Shown: positions 47,228-61,779 of the stretch, in pieces
Numbering within the stretch: position 1 is the stretch's first letter
Layout of the letters: every line of letters begins with the position of its first letter
Assembly (NCBI RefSeq): GCF_009914755.1
Contig: NC_060942.1
Source of the DNA: the human T2T-CHM13v2.0 reference genome, Homo sapiens
Reading direction: 5' to 3' (one strand)
DNA length: 64,000 nt
Notes under the pieces: model-generated
Databases searched by the model: none
The model's input: only the letters and a program-made list of their open reading frames with translations
What the model was told of the DNA's origin: nothing
Position numbers and translations under genes: made by a program

Positions 47228-47411
47228 TATTCCTGATATTCTTTTATTATGACTTAAATGTTTGTATGATCTGTAATGATGTCCTATTTCCTCTTTCATT
47301 CATTATATTCGTATTTACATCTTCTCTCTTTTATTCTTATGATCTGGAAAATGGTCAATTTTATTGATTTTCACAAAAGAACCAACGTTTGATTTCATTT
47401 ATTTGTCACTC

Positions 47412-47549
47412 TTTGTTTGTTTGTTTGTTTTTGTAGAGGCAGAATCACACTATGTTGCCCAGGCTGTTCCTGTAATGACCTCAAGTGAGCCTCCCATCTT
47501 GTCCTCCCGAAGTGTTGAGATTACAGGAATGAGCTAACATTGCCTGGCC
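47412..47549 (-). mobile_element. Alu monomer (FLAM-like)
   Basis: (TTTG)n tail plus a single diverged monomer. Confidence 0.8.
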
Positions 47550-48260
47550 CAATCTTGTTTTTCTAGTTTTAATTTATTTCTGCTCATTGTTATTTTTCAT
47601 TCTTCTGCTTATTTTGTATTGAATTTTCTCTTCTTTGTCTAGTTTTGTAAGGTGAAAGTTTAGATCATTGATTTGAGACTTTTCTTTTTATCAATTATAA
47701 GCATTTAATGTTCTAAAGTTCCTTATAAGTACATCTGTATACCACAAATTGGTAAGTCGTATTTTCCGTTTCATTTGGTTAAATATTTTTAACTTTCCAT
47801 TGAGGTTTCTTCTTAGAAGAAACACTTCTTAGAAGTGTTTTGTTCAATTTACAAATATGTGGTGGTTTGCCAAATTGTTTTTTGTTATTGATTTGTAATT
47901 TAATTCAGTTGTAGTTAGAGAACGTGTTTGGTATGATTTCAATCCATTTAAATACACTGCTTGCTTGTTTTATAGCTCAGAATACGTTCTATCTTGGTGA
48001 CTGATCCATGTACACTTACCAAAAACGTGTGTCCTGCTGTTTTTGAAAGCAGTATTCTCCGAAGTCAGTTAGGTCAGATTGGTTAACTGTGTTTTTCAAG
48101 TGTTTTATATCCTTACTAATTTTGGTCTTGTTCAGTAAATTACTGAAAGACAAGTGTTTTAATCTCCAACTCTAATTGTGGACTTATATATTTATCCTTT
48201 CAGTTCTATGTATTTTGAAGCTTGGTTATTAGGTGCATATACATTTAGGATAAAGTCCTC

Positions 48261-48480
48261 TTGATTAACTGATTTTATATATATATAATTACATATATAT
48301 CTAAAAACTGATTATATATCTTATATATAATTATATATAGTATATAATCCGTTAATAGATATTATATATAATTATATATAATCAGTTTATATATATAATC
48401 AATGTGTGTGTATATATGTGTGTGTGTGTGTGTGTATACACACACACATATGTGAGTGTGCGTGAGAGAGAGAGAGAGAG
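48261..48480. repeat. Compound simple repeat: AT-rich palindromic tract, then (TG)n, (CA)n and (GA)n
   Basis: Read directly from sequence. Confidence 0.9.
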
Positions 48481-48600
48481 GGAGACGGGGCCTTGTTATG
48501 TTGCTCCGGCTGGTCTCAAACCCCTGGGCCCAAGCGATCCTCCCACCTCAACCTCCCAAGTAGCTGAGACTATGGACATATGCCACTGCACCCAGCTAAT
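48481..48600 (-). mobile_element. Alu monomer (FLAM-like)
   Basis: GAGACGGGGCCTTGTTATGTTGCTCC...CCACTGCACCCAGCT. Confidence 0.8.
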
Positions 48601-49069
48601 CTTTATATTATTGTAAATATCCTTTATTCTTGGGAAATATTCCCTGTTCTGAACTCTACTTTGTCTGGTAGCCACTCCAGAATTCTTTTGATTTAGGCTT
48701 GCAGAAAATATTTTTCCCATATTTTGACTTTTATACTATAGGTATCTTTCTGTTTAAAATTGTGTGTGTGTGGTGGCGGGATAAAATCTGATAAATGCAT
48801 TTATGTAGTAAGATGATACAAAAGAGTGTTATTCATGAGATAGTCAAAGACTCTCAAGTGAAATAACACTGTAGCTGGATTTTAAAGGATGAGTAGGAAC
48901 AAAGTGAAGGTGAAGAAGGAGGGTATTTCTAGCAAAGGGCAGCATTTGCACGGCATGAAAGTACTTGCCATCTTCTTGAAAAAGTGGAAGAATTCCTTCG
49001 TCTGGATCATCCACCCCAGGTGTGTTTCAGGGAGGAAGGGATAGGAGGACTCAGAGATAACTCCTATAA

Positions 49070-49286
49070 CAAGGGTCAGGAAACTTTTTCTTAAATGTTC
49101 AGATTGTAATATTTTAAGCTTGCAGATCATACAATTTCACAATTATGCAGCTTTGCTATTGTACCATGAAAGCAGCCATAGATAATATGTAAACAAATGA
49201 GTGTGGCTGAGTTCCAATAAAACTTTATTTACAAAAACAGGTGGCAGTCTGAATTTGGCCCATGTGTCTTGGTTTACCAATGCTTT
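49070..49286. mobile_element. hAT-Charlie MITE, MER58A-like
   Basis: AAAGCAGCCATAGATAATATGTAAACAAATGAGTGTGGCTGAGTTCCAATAAAACTTTATTTACAAAAACAGG. Confidence 0.88.
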
Positions 49287-49877
49287 AATTAAAGAATTGG
49301 GGTGGGAGAGCAAGTGGGGATATAAGGTGTTAGAAGTACAGCAACGTCTACAAAGTAAAGACAAAAGTCAAAGTAACATCATTGTCTCTATTTTAGAACC
49401 CTCAAAAGCTAAGACTTCTAGTATGGCTGTTACCACTTATATAATTTTATAGAAATAACATGATTTCTATAATTTTATAGGAATAAATTTTGGATCAGAA
49501 TCCTCTTGACCTTTTTTATTGAAAAACAAGAGTTCTGGGAATCAGAGAAGAATGATCTCATTTTTGCCTTGCCCAAGTGGGAATAGTAAATGCTAAATCT
49601 TCCAGAAATTTGGGTAATCTTTATGCAGTTATGAGTAAGTCCCACCCTGTGCCATAACTCTCCCAAAATGGGGAATTCTGACTTTGGAAATCATCCTCTT
49701 CGGTAATTTAGTCAGTAGTGTCATGTTGTTGGTTAAACTTACAGGAAGCATAAGGGCTATGCAAGCATTATATGAAAGTCTGATGTATTAGATCTGAGAA
49801 CAAAAGGGAAAAATCTCTTGATGAATTGAATGAAATGCCCAAATTGAGTCTGAAGGTGGATTAGGTGGGTTCTTCTT

Positions 49878-50178
<301 letters not shown>

Positions 50179-51076
50179 TGATGGGTTCTAAATATTCTTC
50201 AGACTTGCAGATTCCATAAATACTGACAGCTTCTTAAACAGTATATGAAAATGTTTGTTTTTGACTGTCACAGAATGGAGAAATTCAGTTGTGTAAATGA
50301 ATCTTAATTTGGGTAATAGTACAAATAATTATTGATGATCTGTTTCAAATAATCCATCAGTCTGAGTACAAATCTTATTAAGTCACAAGGATGATGATTG
50401 TTAAAAATTTATTTTAATCTTAAAGATTAAAAATTTTAACTCTCCACCCCTGAAGGAAAACAATTTAGGAATTATTCAAGTGAAAATGGCAATTTTCATC
50501 AAGGAGCCAGTGATGTTTTCATAATTACTGGTTTTTACATAAATGTTTAAGTCAGTCAATATATAATTACACTTCAATTTCTAGAATTCACTAGAGACAA
50601 TGAAGTTAGTTTTTGAGCAGGATAGTTACTGAGAATGTTAGCCAGAAAAAAAATTACCTTTCAACAAGATGAAATTTTCATGTCAATGGTAAGTGAAATC
50701 CTCCAATATGTCCCCATATGTTGTGATATATAATTTTTGAAATATAAACAATGGCCATCACATGGTTTCTTATTATTTGTTTAATTTGTCAGGAAAGCAG
50801 ACATAAAGTGTTTTTCCTTTTTTTCCTAATTATTACTTACTTTGCCTCCTTGGCTCTTTTCTGTCTGCATTATTCTCAACAAATAAGGTTTTTCCATACA
50901 ATAACATCTATTTAAGCTCTATAGTAATCGGTGGTCTGTGATCCCCATAAAGGCTTTGCAAGTGATCTCTTGCCATTATTTTTTAAATGTTCACCTTCTA
51001 GGCTGCCACCTAAAGATCCCTGATGATGGAGATGGGGTTGGTGAAGGTGAGGTGTGAGCCAAAAGCTAGAAAGTGA

Positions 51077-51441
51077 TGTTAAAATAATTAATTGGGAGGC
51101 CATTTCACTGAGGCGGCTCCAGTGCCATAGGGACTTGCCTAAGCAAAGCGAAACCCAACACAATATACACTGTAAAAGGAAACTTAAGCTTAACTATTAG
51201 TCAGAAACCACCAACCAACCTCTAACAGGAAATTTCCAGTGGAATGATCCAAAGAAGACTACTGCTTTACTTTAACCAATCAAATATTTTATTTGCCTTT
51301 GCTTCTGAGTTCACCCTATCAAAAAAAAAAAAGGCTTCCCTGAGGTGTCCTGAACTGCTTGTGGTCTGGAGTTGTCTGCTTCAAGCATTGCTATTTGCTC
51401 ACTCTTTAATATTTTAATGTGCCTCAGTTTATTTTTCAATA
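51077..51441 (+). mobile_element. ERV1 solo LTR, MER93-like
   Basis: TGTTAAAATAATTAATTGGGAGGCCATT...GAAACTTAAGCTTAAC...TTTAACCAATCAAATATTTT. Confidence 0.7.
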
Positions 51442-51589
51442 GTAATTGTGAATTAAATATATATTATATCCCAGGCACTATGTTATACTTTTTATATATG
51501 ATTTCATTTACTAGTCATAGCAACTTGATAACTTAGGTATAATTTTCCTCTTCTATAGGTCTAGGAGGCTATGGTTCTGAAGATATTAG

Positions 51590-52010
<421 letters not shown>

Positions 52011-52179
52011 TACTCCCCAAATTACTAATGAGTTAGTACATATAATAAGTGATAATTTTATACCACTGTTCAGGTCTTCCTCTTCATTCTCTTCCATTCC
52101 CCAACCCCTATTGCAACCCAGCACCCAATAAAATATGCATACTTAAGAATTTCTGTATATCACTTCAAAAGACAGAATG

Positions 52180-52650
52180 TAAAAGGAGATGAGATGAAGC
52201 TGATGAGTAATCACTGTCCAAGCTGGGGAGCAGGGAGACTGGTATGTTACACTAGTGAACTTGGTAATAGGGACCAATGGAAGGGCTTTTCTCAGTGGAG
52301 TGGTGTGATCTGACTTGTGTTTTAGATATATTACTCCAGCAGAAATGTAGGGGTAGGATTTTGGGGAGCCAAGACTGTTAACCAAGAAGACTGGTGTGAA
52401 GGCTTTTGTAATATCTACATTTGAACGGTGAGGCCTGCACTGGTAGAAGAGATGGAGATAGACAGATTTGAAAATGAGTCAACTATTATTGAGTGGGGAA
52501 TACAGGAAGAGGAAAAAGTCAGCAGCATCTTTCAGATTTCTGGCTTGGATGACTAGGTGGATGATAGTGCCCCCAACTGAGGCAAAGAACACTTCTAGAC
52601 TCACTAAATGGAGCAATGTTTTCAGCTTTCAAAGTTGGACATGAAGATTT
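52180..52650 (-). mobile_element. L2 fragment
   Basis: TGTGATCTGACTTGTGTTTTAGA; CAGATTTCTGGCTTGGATGACTAGGTGGATGATAGTGCC. Confidence 0.6.
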
Positions 52651-52662
52651 GTCTTGTATAAA

Positions 52663-53287
<625 letters not shown>

Positions 53288-53639
53288 AGAAAAGCATTCT
53301 TTTTCATAAAAGACCCATATAGCATCTGGAAATTGATGACTGCTTAATTAACTAAGATATGTATTCAAGTACAATAGCTCAGAAAGAAGCCATTCAACTT
53401 AACAATAGAAAATATTTACAGGAGATGTAACGTCTGCTTTCAATTTTAACATGGAAGTTGTATGATCTCTGGTAAGTTAATTTTTTCTGCACCAGAGTGA
53501 ATCTAAGGTCAGGATTTTTTTCACTGTTTACTTTTACTAACTCTAGGTCAGTTGAATTCACTACATTGTGCAGGTGCAGCAGCAGCAATTGTAGTGATGG
53601 TGGCAGTGGTGGTAATATGGTAGTGATTAAAATGTCAAA

Positions 53640-53875
53640 CCTTATACAGCACTCACTGTGTGCCAAGCACTGTTTTAAATGCTTCAGATATATCAACCAG
53701 CCTAATTATCACAACAACTCAATGCAATAGATTCAATTATTATGCTCATTTCACAGGTCAAGAAACTGAAGTACAGAGAGGTTATCTAAACAACTAATAG
53801 AGCTAGTAGGCTGCCGTTCGGGGTTTTAAATACAGGTACTCTGGTTCTTCCATCTGTGCCCTTAACCACTGAGCT
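53640..53875 (-). mobile_element. MIR
   Basis: CATTTCACAGGTCAAGAAACTGAAGTACAGAGAGGTTA core. Confidence 0.75.
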
Positions 53876-56628
53876 GTATTGTTCTCTTAAAAAGTAAAAA
53901 GAAAAAAAGGTATTATTTTCTTGTAAACATCACAAACTTCAATCTTTTTTCAAATGTGTGAAAATAATTTCAAAGCCACAGCTAGTAAGTTTTGGATCAA
54001 CACACTGATTTTCTTGATTAGCACAGATAATGTGATATGTGCATATTCATCCTTAAAAACACTCAACTGTAAAAAAATAAATTGATTATTACTGCTTTCT
54101 CTTTTCTGTAGCAGTCTTGAAGCCAAGCTCTCTTTAAATTATGAAAAGCAACAAGGGCCAATAGGCAGAGTCCAGAAAGTACATATTTCTTCAATAAAGA
54201 GATAAATGTCCTCTCTAAGAGTGAAAACAAAACAAACAGCCCTTCAGAGCCTGTACAACCCACCTTCAGCACAGTACTGGCACAACTATGGGGAACTTCT
54301 ATGATGACTTGTACAGGAGCAGTACACGGAGGAAGCCACATCCCCAGCCTAGGTACACAGGAGATTCAGAACCACTGTGAGATTGCACACTTGGAAAGAT
54401 GATAGGGAATGGGAGCGTTAGAGGCATAAATAAATATAGCCCATTTAGTGTACTCATCAAAAAGAGAAGAATCCTGCAAGTGCTTCTTTACCAGACACCT
54501 GATTTTAATAACCAGTCAGAATACATGCAAAGAGGGATATTTAACTTGGATGTTTATGGAAGCATCAAAAGCATTTATTGAGGATGACTAAATCCACACT
54601 CTATAATAAGATCTCCATATGATTTAGTACATGGAAAATTAACTATAAAGGAGGCAGAGAATGTTTTATGCAGGTATCTGTTTCTTCCTCACTGAGGAAC
54701 TGATGACAGTGCTTTATCCATTGTGATTCATTGCTGGCTCCAGCCACTTTTTCTGCTGCATGCCACACATTGCTGCCATAACTCAAAATCTGCTCTGTCC
54801 TGAGATGTCTGCTTCTTGGGTCAAAGTCTCTGGTACAAAATTAATCCGTTTCTTAAACATTTGCCCAAAGCCTACTCTGAGTCCTGAGCCTTGTCCGTCC
54901 AAGGGGAGGCTGTGTCAGTTTGTAGCTCTTTGAGTCTTTTCTATGAATGCTCCATGTGGACAGTTCCCCTATACTGTGGTTTCACTGGGGAATGGGTACT
55001 CTTCCACCACTTCATCTGGGTTCTCTCAGTATCTTGTTTTAAAATGTTTTGGAGAAAACCTTATCTTGACTGGTGTCTGTTCTGAAAACAGATGCCCTAT
55101 TGCTGGGACATTTCTTGGGCAACACCAGTAAACACAAACCCTGCCCACCCCTGTAGCACATACAATACACACAAATACCTGGGATTGTGCCACTTCTGAA
55201 ATCACGTGGGTTTTATTCGGTCAAAAAAAAAATTGGCACAATGAATCAAACCTCTGAGTCCTCCAGCTCACTTCTTAATTTTTTTTGAGTGGGATTGAAT
55301 AATGGCTGATGACTCTTTTAATATATATTTTAACTGATAGAGTTCAATCTGTACCCCGTTAAAATTTGCATTTCTTGATTGATTTATCATCTTGATATTT
55401 CTTTTCATAAAGCCTCATTCTCCACTTAATTAGATTGCCCTTTTCCGGGCTTTCATCCCACTCTACTCTGTTTTTCTCCATTGGCATCACATTTCTGAAG
55501 TAGGACGTTAGCACCTCTGGCCCTAGCCTTCATCTACTCTCATTTTAGCCCCATAGGCCCAATTTATAAGCATGAAATGTATTTATTCATTAACATGTCA
55601 ATACCAATTATATGCAAAATTTGTTAAGATAGAAACTTCTGGCTTCCATGGCCTCACCTTATAACACACTGCTAGATTTTATCATATTTTTAAATTTATC
55701 TTATTTTATGTATCTTATTCATCTTCATCTAATAGGTTTTACCTTTCTAATATAGTCACAAATCAGATGTATAAAAAGTATAGCTGTATTCATCTATCCT
55801 TGAACTCAACTTAGCTCTATGACTATCACTCAAAGATGCTCAGTCTCCTCCGATTTAAAGCAGGCTTTTTCAGGAACTCATTCAGTTTGCATTTAAGCTC
55901 ATCAAAGTTCCAAGTTTCTATCATAGTTGTTCTCCCCTGTGGTGGCTTCTTGTCTTCTGCTCGATCTCCTGAGGTTGTACCTGGGCACAGGGTACATTAT
56001 GTGACATTGCGAAGGATGATGCCGTCCTCCAGCCTTTGCTCATCTGCTTTAGCTTTGGTGGGGTTGGGGGGCTCTGTCCACACTGCCCCCACTGCTGGTG
56101 GAGCTACTTGTTCCCTCTATTAGCATAAGCAGTGCCCCTCAGGAACTCCAGCATTTCCCACTGCTCATTAGAGTCCCCACTAGGGATCTCCCTTGGCCTG
56201 CCTAGAACTACTCTTTGACTCCTGGCCTGGGCAATGAAATCCTGAGACCCTCAGCCACAAAGTCATTTCATCTTGGACAATAGTGATTCCTCAGAGAGTT
56301 TGTCATTCAGTTCTTGCTGGGGGCCCTGGGAAATTCTGGATCCCGTCTGTGCATTTATGAAGGATTCCAGGAGGTACAGGCCATCTTAGGGTCTCTGCAG
56401 GGCTGCCTCATCCCAGAGTTTCAGATGGGGATGGCACATAAGCTTCTCCAGCCTCAGGCCCTCAAACCTATTGCTCATATTACCCTAAAACCCAGGAAAG
56501 GGCAGATTTGACAGCTCCTCTTCCTCTAAGACAGACCCCCAAAGTATCCTTTACTCCTCTCTTTGCCATCTCTCCAAGACTTCCTCTGTGTGGCAGCAAC
56601 AATGTCCTTCTCTTTACATCACTGTCTG

Positions 56629-56715
56629 GTTTTTTGTTTGTTTGTTTGTTTGTTTGTTTTTTTGAGACAGAGTCTTGCTCTGTCACCTAAGCTGGAGTGC
56701 AGTGGTGCGATCTCG
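56629..56715 (-). mobile_element. Severely 5'-truncated Alu (about 52 bp of body plus (TTTG)n tail)
   Basis: Perfect 13-bp TSD ACATCACTGTCTG at 56616-56628 and 56716-56728. Confidence 0.92.
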
Positions 56716-56802
56716 ACATCACTGTCTGAAGTCTTTCTCATGGTGGATAAAAAGCCTCCACATTCAGTCTTCTGAACTTTGCTTCTAGATGTTAATGGGA
56801 AG

Positions 56803-56965
56803 GTTTTTGGGGGGTTTTTTGTTTTGTTTTGTTTTTGCTTTTTTTTTTTTGAGATGGGGTCTGGCTATGTTGCCCAGGTTGGCCTTGAACTACTGGGCTC
56901 AAAAGATCCTCCCACCTCAGCCTCCTGAGTATCTGGGACTACAAATGCCTACCATAGTGCCTGGC
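56803..56965 (-). mobile_element. Alu monomer (FLAM-like)
   Basis: Single monomer; TSD TTAATGGGAAG. Confidence 0.85.
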
Positions 56966-57489
56966 TTAATGGGAAGTTTTTAGAATTTAGAAAATCTCAA
57001 GTGCTGAGCTCTGGTTATTGAAAGCCCAATTTTCTTGACTAATGTTTCTGGAATGTTCTTCAAGAGCTTATCTCAGAAGTCAAAATCTGAATATCAAAGG
57101 TTTAGCCATTTCTCCATTCCACCTGTGACAACTCTACCAATTTCTACATCTGTAAATGTAAAATGTATCTACAGTCCTGTAGTTACTAGAAAATGAAACT
57201 ACAGGACTGATACCTCACTATGGCTTTCTCAAAAAGTGTGAGGACTCAAAAGTTACAGGAGAGCAGTGCCAATGCGGCTCAAAACCAGAGAATGTGATAC
57301 TGTGTAAATTATGCCCATGGATTTGTGCAGTGCAGCCTGGTTAGAATGACTTTGATGTCAGGAGTGTAAGGCTAAATTGGCCAGTTGTTGTAGTAATACA
57401 ACTTCTGTTGGAGGGAGAGGACAATTCCTATTTCTGCTCTGTCACCTGCTAGCCATGAGACTACGTATATGTTTGGTCTTTACCTGATC

Positions 57490-57945
57490 CCTCCTTTTTG
57501 GGGCATCACTCTGAGAGCCTTTATACAGGTACTGCCCTCAGGCCATGTGGTTTGGATTGGGCAAACCCAGCCCTTCTGTCTCAGAGCTTATCACATGACC
57601 CAGACCTGGCCTGGCCTATGGCCTGGGTTCAGGAATGGGTATGAGACCCAAGCTAGGCCACTTCCCTGGGACCTGTGCCATATCTTCGTAACAAGAACTT
57701 TTTCTTTCTTTGTAAATACAGTGGATCCCTGGGGCTGCAGGTGGCCACCTTGTGACTACACAGCCTGTCTGATATATCTGGAAGCCAAGGGGAAATAAGG
57801 CTGAGATATTGGGGAGGCTCCTAAGAGCATTATTGGAGCCTCTGTTGTAAAGCATGTCTGAAGCAAATACCGCCGCCACCTCTTCTTTTGCTGCTTAAGC
57901 TAGTGTGAGTTGCATTCTCATTACTTGCAACCACAAGAATAATAC
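57490..57945 (+). mobile_element. Old MaLR LTR, MLT1K-like
   Basis: GGTTCAGGAATGGGTATGAGACCCAAGCTAGGCCA; GCTTAAGCTAGTGTGAGTTGCATTCTCATTACTTGCAACC. Confidence 0.65.
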
Positions 57946-57949
57946 CAAT

Positions 57950-58325
57950 AGCTAGCACTTACGTGACACTTTTAGGTGCCACTGTATTGTTCTAAGCACC
58001 TGACTCATCTAGTCCTCACAACAGCCCTATGAGGTAGGTCCCATTTTTGCCATCCTCTTACCATCCTCTCCACTTTGCATAGGGGAAACAGAAGCCCAGA
58101 GATGTTAGCTTGCCCAAGGTCACAGACCTAAAAAGAGATATAGGTGGGATTCAATCCAGGTAGTCTGGCACCAGAGTCTAGGGACTTAACTACTCCAGGA
58201 TGCCTCTTAATCCTCTAGACTAATACTGTGAACCTGGACAAGTAACTTAACATCTCTGAGCCTCCAATGTAAGGAGTAAATGATACAATACTTATCATGG
58301 TGGATCCTCAGTAAATAGTTATGAT
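57950..58325. mobile_element. MIR fragments, opposite orientations
   Basis: GTCCTCACAACAGCCCTATGAGGTAGG; CTTGCCCAAGGTCACA; ACTTAACATCTCTGAGCCTC. Confidence 0.75.
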
Positions 58326-60249
58326 TGCAATATTTGTAATTATTTCACAACTTCATGCCATCAGAATTCCTTCTGAGTGGTGCTTGGTAGGTGGGAATAA
58401 ATGAGTTTATGTTTACAAACAGCTTTGAGGATTTGGAATGAAAGTTGGATACTAAGAATTATGATAGTTTGTTCCCTAAAAACAAGTAACACTTTTGTTC
58501 CTTTATACAAAGAAATAATGAATCATAGTTTGGACCTGATGACTTGATTGTGTCTCTCTCTTTCACCATCATATGTAGGATTAAATGATCATTTGAGGCT
58601 TGGCTGTTTTTAAAAAATTCTCTAGAAGTGACTGAAAAGAGGCCTAAGATGATGAGATACTTGAGAAAGAATTATTACACCCTTTACCACAGTGCTTCAA
58701 ATAATTTAAAATCTTTTGTTCTGAATTTATTTCAATGGCCAATGGTATAAAATGGTACATTTCCTAAATTATATGAATACCTGTTATCTACAGATCCCAA
58801 ATCTGATCCAAATGAAATATAAATCAAAAGGTAATTTGGTAACAATTTACCTAGGCAACTTCAGACATTTAGAGTCTACTTCTTTCATAATTTTTTTTAT
58901 TTCTGCACCTGCCCCATTCTTTTGAATCTATTATCTTCTACAGACACAGGACAAACTAGCTACTTCCCTCTCCTTTTCTGGTTTTCACCTCCAGGTCCCC
59001 TGGCAAAGAGGAATGTGCTCAGTGCTGAGGCATTCCTGAGGAGAGTCATTTGGCTGCAGTCATTGAATGGAAAAACTACCGTAATTACTTCCCTAACTAT
59101 AAAACTACAGTACTAGGGGGTGGGGAGGATACTATATGCAGCTCTCCACTCATTGATTGATTGATTGATTTACACGTTAAACATGAGTTTATACATTATA
59201 CATTTCTTGAGAGCACATATGGCAGACACTATTATGGACTCTGGGGATACAAATGCAGTGAAATAACGTTACCAAGTTTATTCACATGCTTCCTTTTTGT
59301 ATTTCCCAATATCATATTATTCCGACTCACTCAGAGGTTAAATTGCTTTAGTATGGATTCCCCAAAGGAAGGGATTACAAACAGACCAAAGTAGTCTATG
59401 ATCTCTTGGCTAGCAGGTGCCAGAGCAGTGATCAGAATTGTCCTCTCCCTGCAACAGAAGTTTTATTACTACAGCAACTGTCTAATTTCACCTTACACTC
59501 CTGTCTTCAAAACCATTCCAACTGGCTACATTGCACAACTCCATGGGCACAATTTACACATCATCACATTATCAAGTTTTGAGGCCCATTGGCATGCTGT
59601 CCTATGATTTTTGAGTTCTCATACATTTTGAGAAAGCCACAGTCCTGTACTTCCATTTTCTAGTGTCAGTCCTATAGTTTCATTTTGTAGTAACTACAGT
59701 ACTGTAGTTACATTTTACAGAGGTAGAAACAGAGGATTAAGTGGGAGAGGGCTCCTTCATTCATGAAGTGGTTATTTAAGCCTACTATGTAGCAGAAGCT
59801 ATACTGAGTGTGCCTGTAGCCTGCTCAGACCCCACCCATAAATGCCTCATCTGGAATGCCGGTGCTGTGAGAGGAGATGTCCTCTTCAGGACCATGCCAA
59901 TGTCCTGACCTGGTGACACTGAGACATTCAGGCTTTCCAATACTTTTTTGAGCCGAACGATAATCAGTAATAACTAGGTACATCCCTGAATTATGTTTCA
60001 ACTGACAAACATCCATTTTCTGATTATCTACCTAATTCTGCCCAGTTTCAAAATATGACTTATGTTAACACAGTCATGACCTTTTCTGTAGAAATATTTA
60101 TAGTCTTTGGAGTGTACTAAAAAATATTTACTGGCTGACTAATGGTGACTAGAATTTCTTGAATTCCCCTGGAATCTCCTCTAATAGGTATTGCTAACAA
60201 AGTAGAAGGTAAAATAACAATTTCATGTATGCATAGCATAATAAAAAGA

Positions 60250-60415
60250 ACTTATGTTTGTTTAGCATTATGTACACAGCAGTTTTACAACTTATCCTTT
60301 TCAAATCGTGGCCAACAACTTTGTGTGATAGGTATTACCATCTCATTTTACAGATGAGAAAAATCAGGTCCCAGAGAGATTAAGTAACTGCTCACAGTCA
60401 AACATAGCACAACTC
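60250..60415 (-). mobile_element. MIR fragment
   Basis: CATTTTACAGATGAGAAAAATCAGGTCCCAGAGAGATTAAGTAACT. Confidence 0.75.
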
Positions 60416-61779
60416 CTATATCTGTCTTGCTCCAAACCCTGCCTTTCACCATTTTAACCACCCCTTGTATAAGCTTACTTTCAAATTATACTTTCAACAT
60501 CTTCAGATCCAGGTGACTCAGTTCAGGTCATGTATGTCTTCTTGAATGATGCAGTCAGCCACATTTGAGGCCTGAGTTAGCCAATGTGGATTTGAAGCTT
60601 CCTATTCTTATCACAAAAATCCCAGGTTTGTTTGATTTATCAACTTTGTCAGGCAGTTACCCCCTCCTTATTCAGGGCCATGTGGAGGCACAACTGCAAA
60701 ATGGGCAGGTGCATTCTTTCCCTGTGCATCACTTCATCTCACCCTCTGCAAGCACCTCTTCCCTTTCCAGATCTTGGAAATCTTTACCATCTGTGTCCTG
60801 ATTATGCCTTTTTTCAGTGCTTCCAGGTGAGCCCTGCCTCCCTGAGGCTTCACCAAATCCTGCTCTAGTAAATACTGTTAATGTGTTGGCTTCTATTCCT
60901 GCTACCTGAAATCTCCAAGGTATCAACTTAGGGACTTTCTCCCTCATGGTATGTGATCTTGGGGCCTGTCTTATCATTAACAGCAGGGAAGGCAGTCCCT
61001 GAAGACCACATCTCTTAAGACTCAGTGACTGCCAAGTGGAGGCTTAACCACAGCCAATCTGATGCAATTCTGGTACCCTGTTTCCTGAGAAGAGGGAAGC
61101 AAGGATAGAAGAAAAAGTTAAAATTTGTTAATTTTGTAAGAAGCACCCTGGCAAGATTGTGTTCTCATTCCTGCTCCAAGAGTTGTCTTTCAGTTTTGAT
61201 CTTCAATCCTGTGCTGTTTCTCAGATCTTTGTAAAACATTGTTCTTTGTTTTGGTTAATCAGAATTGTTTCTTTGGTTTCCAATCCAAGAATGATCATAA
61301 TAAACCTTCCCTCTTTGTTGGCAGACCTGCATACTGCATGTCCCAAAACCTCTCACTGTCTTCTACTTCCTTCACTGTCTCCTACTGTGCTCACCCCATC
61401 ACTTGCCAGGTCAGGTGGTCTGTCCCTCCCCAGGTGAACCAGAACAAAGCAGGCAGCTGATCTGTAATCACGAGCTAGTGACAGAGAGGGGATTGTCAGG
61501 GTCCTTTCCCGAGCTTCCCCTCCAAGACACCTGTGTAATTCTTTAAGCTAAACGTCTTTTCAATAGCTATTTAAATTCCATTTATCTCATCTTGGACTTT
61601 GTCTTAGGATTCAATTTGGGACTTAGCATGTGACCATTTATAGTTGGTTTTCTTCTGCCTCAGACTCTAGTGTACACTCTTCTCCCAAAAAGGTTGGGAG
61701 GCCTAGGAGATGTAGGTCAGAAGAGCTGAGTGAAGACCAGGTGGTGCAGAGCCCAGGAGGATGCCTAAAAGCATAAGCT

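Larger units (their letters stand above)
46733..48740 (-). mobile_element. Old L1M element, right part
   Basis: Resumes antisense L1 ORF2 directly after the TSD (AAACTATCTGGACCTAGGGG; CCATTTCATCTAAG; AATCTCCAACTCTAATTGTGGA). Confidence 0.8.
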
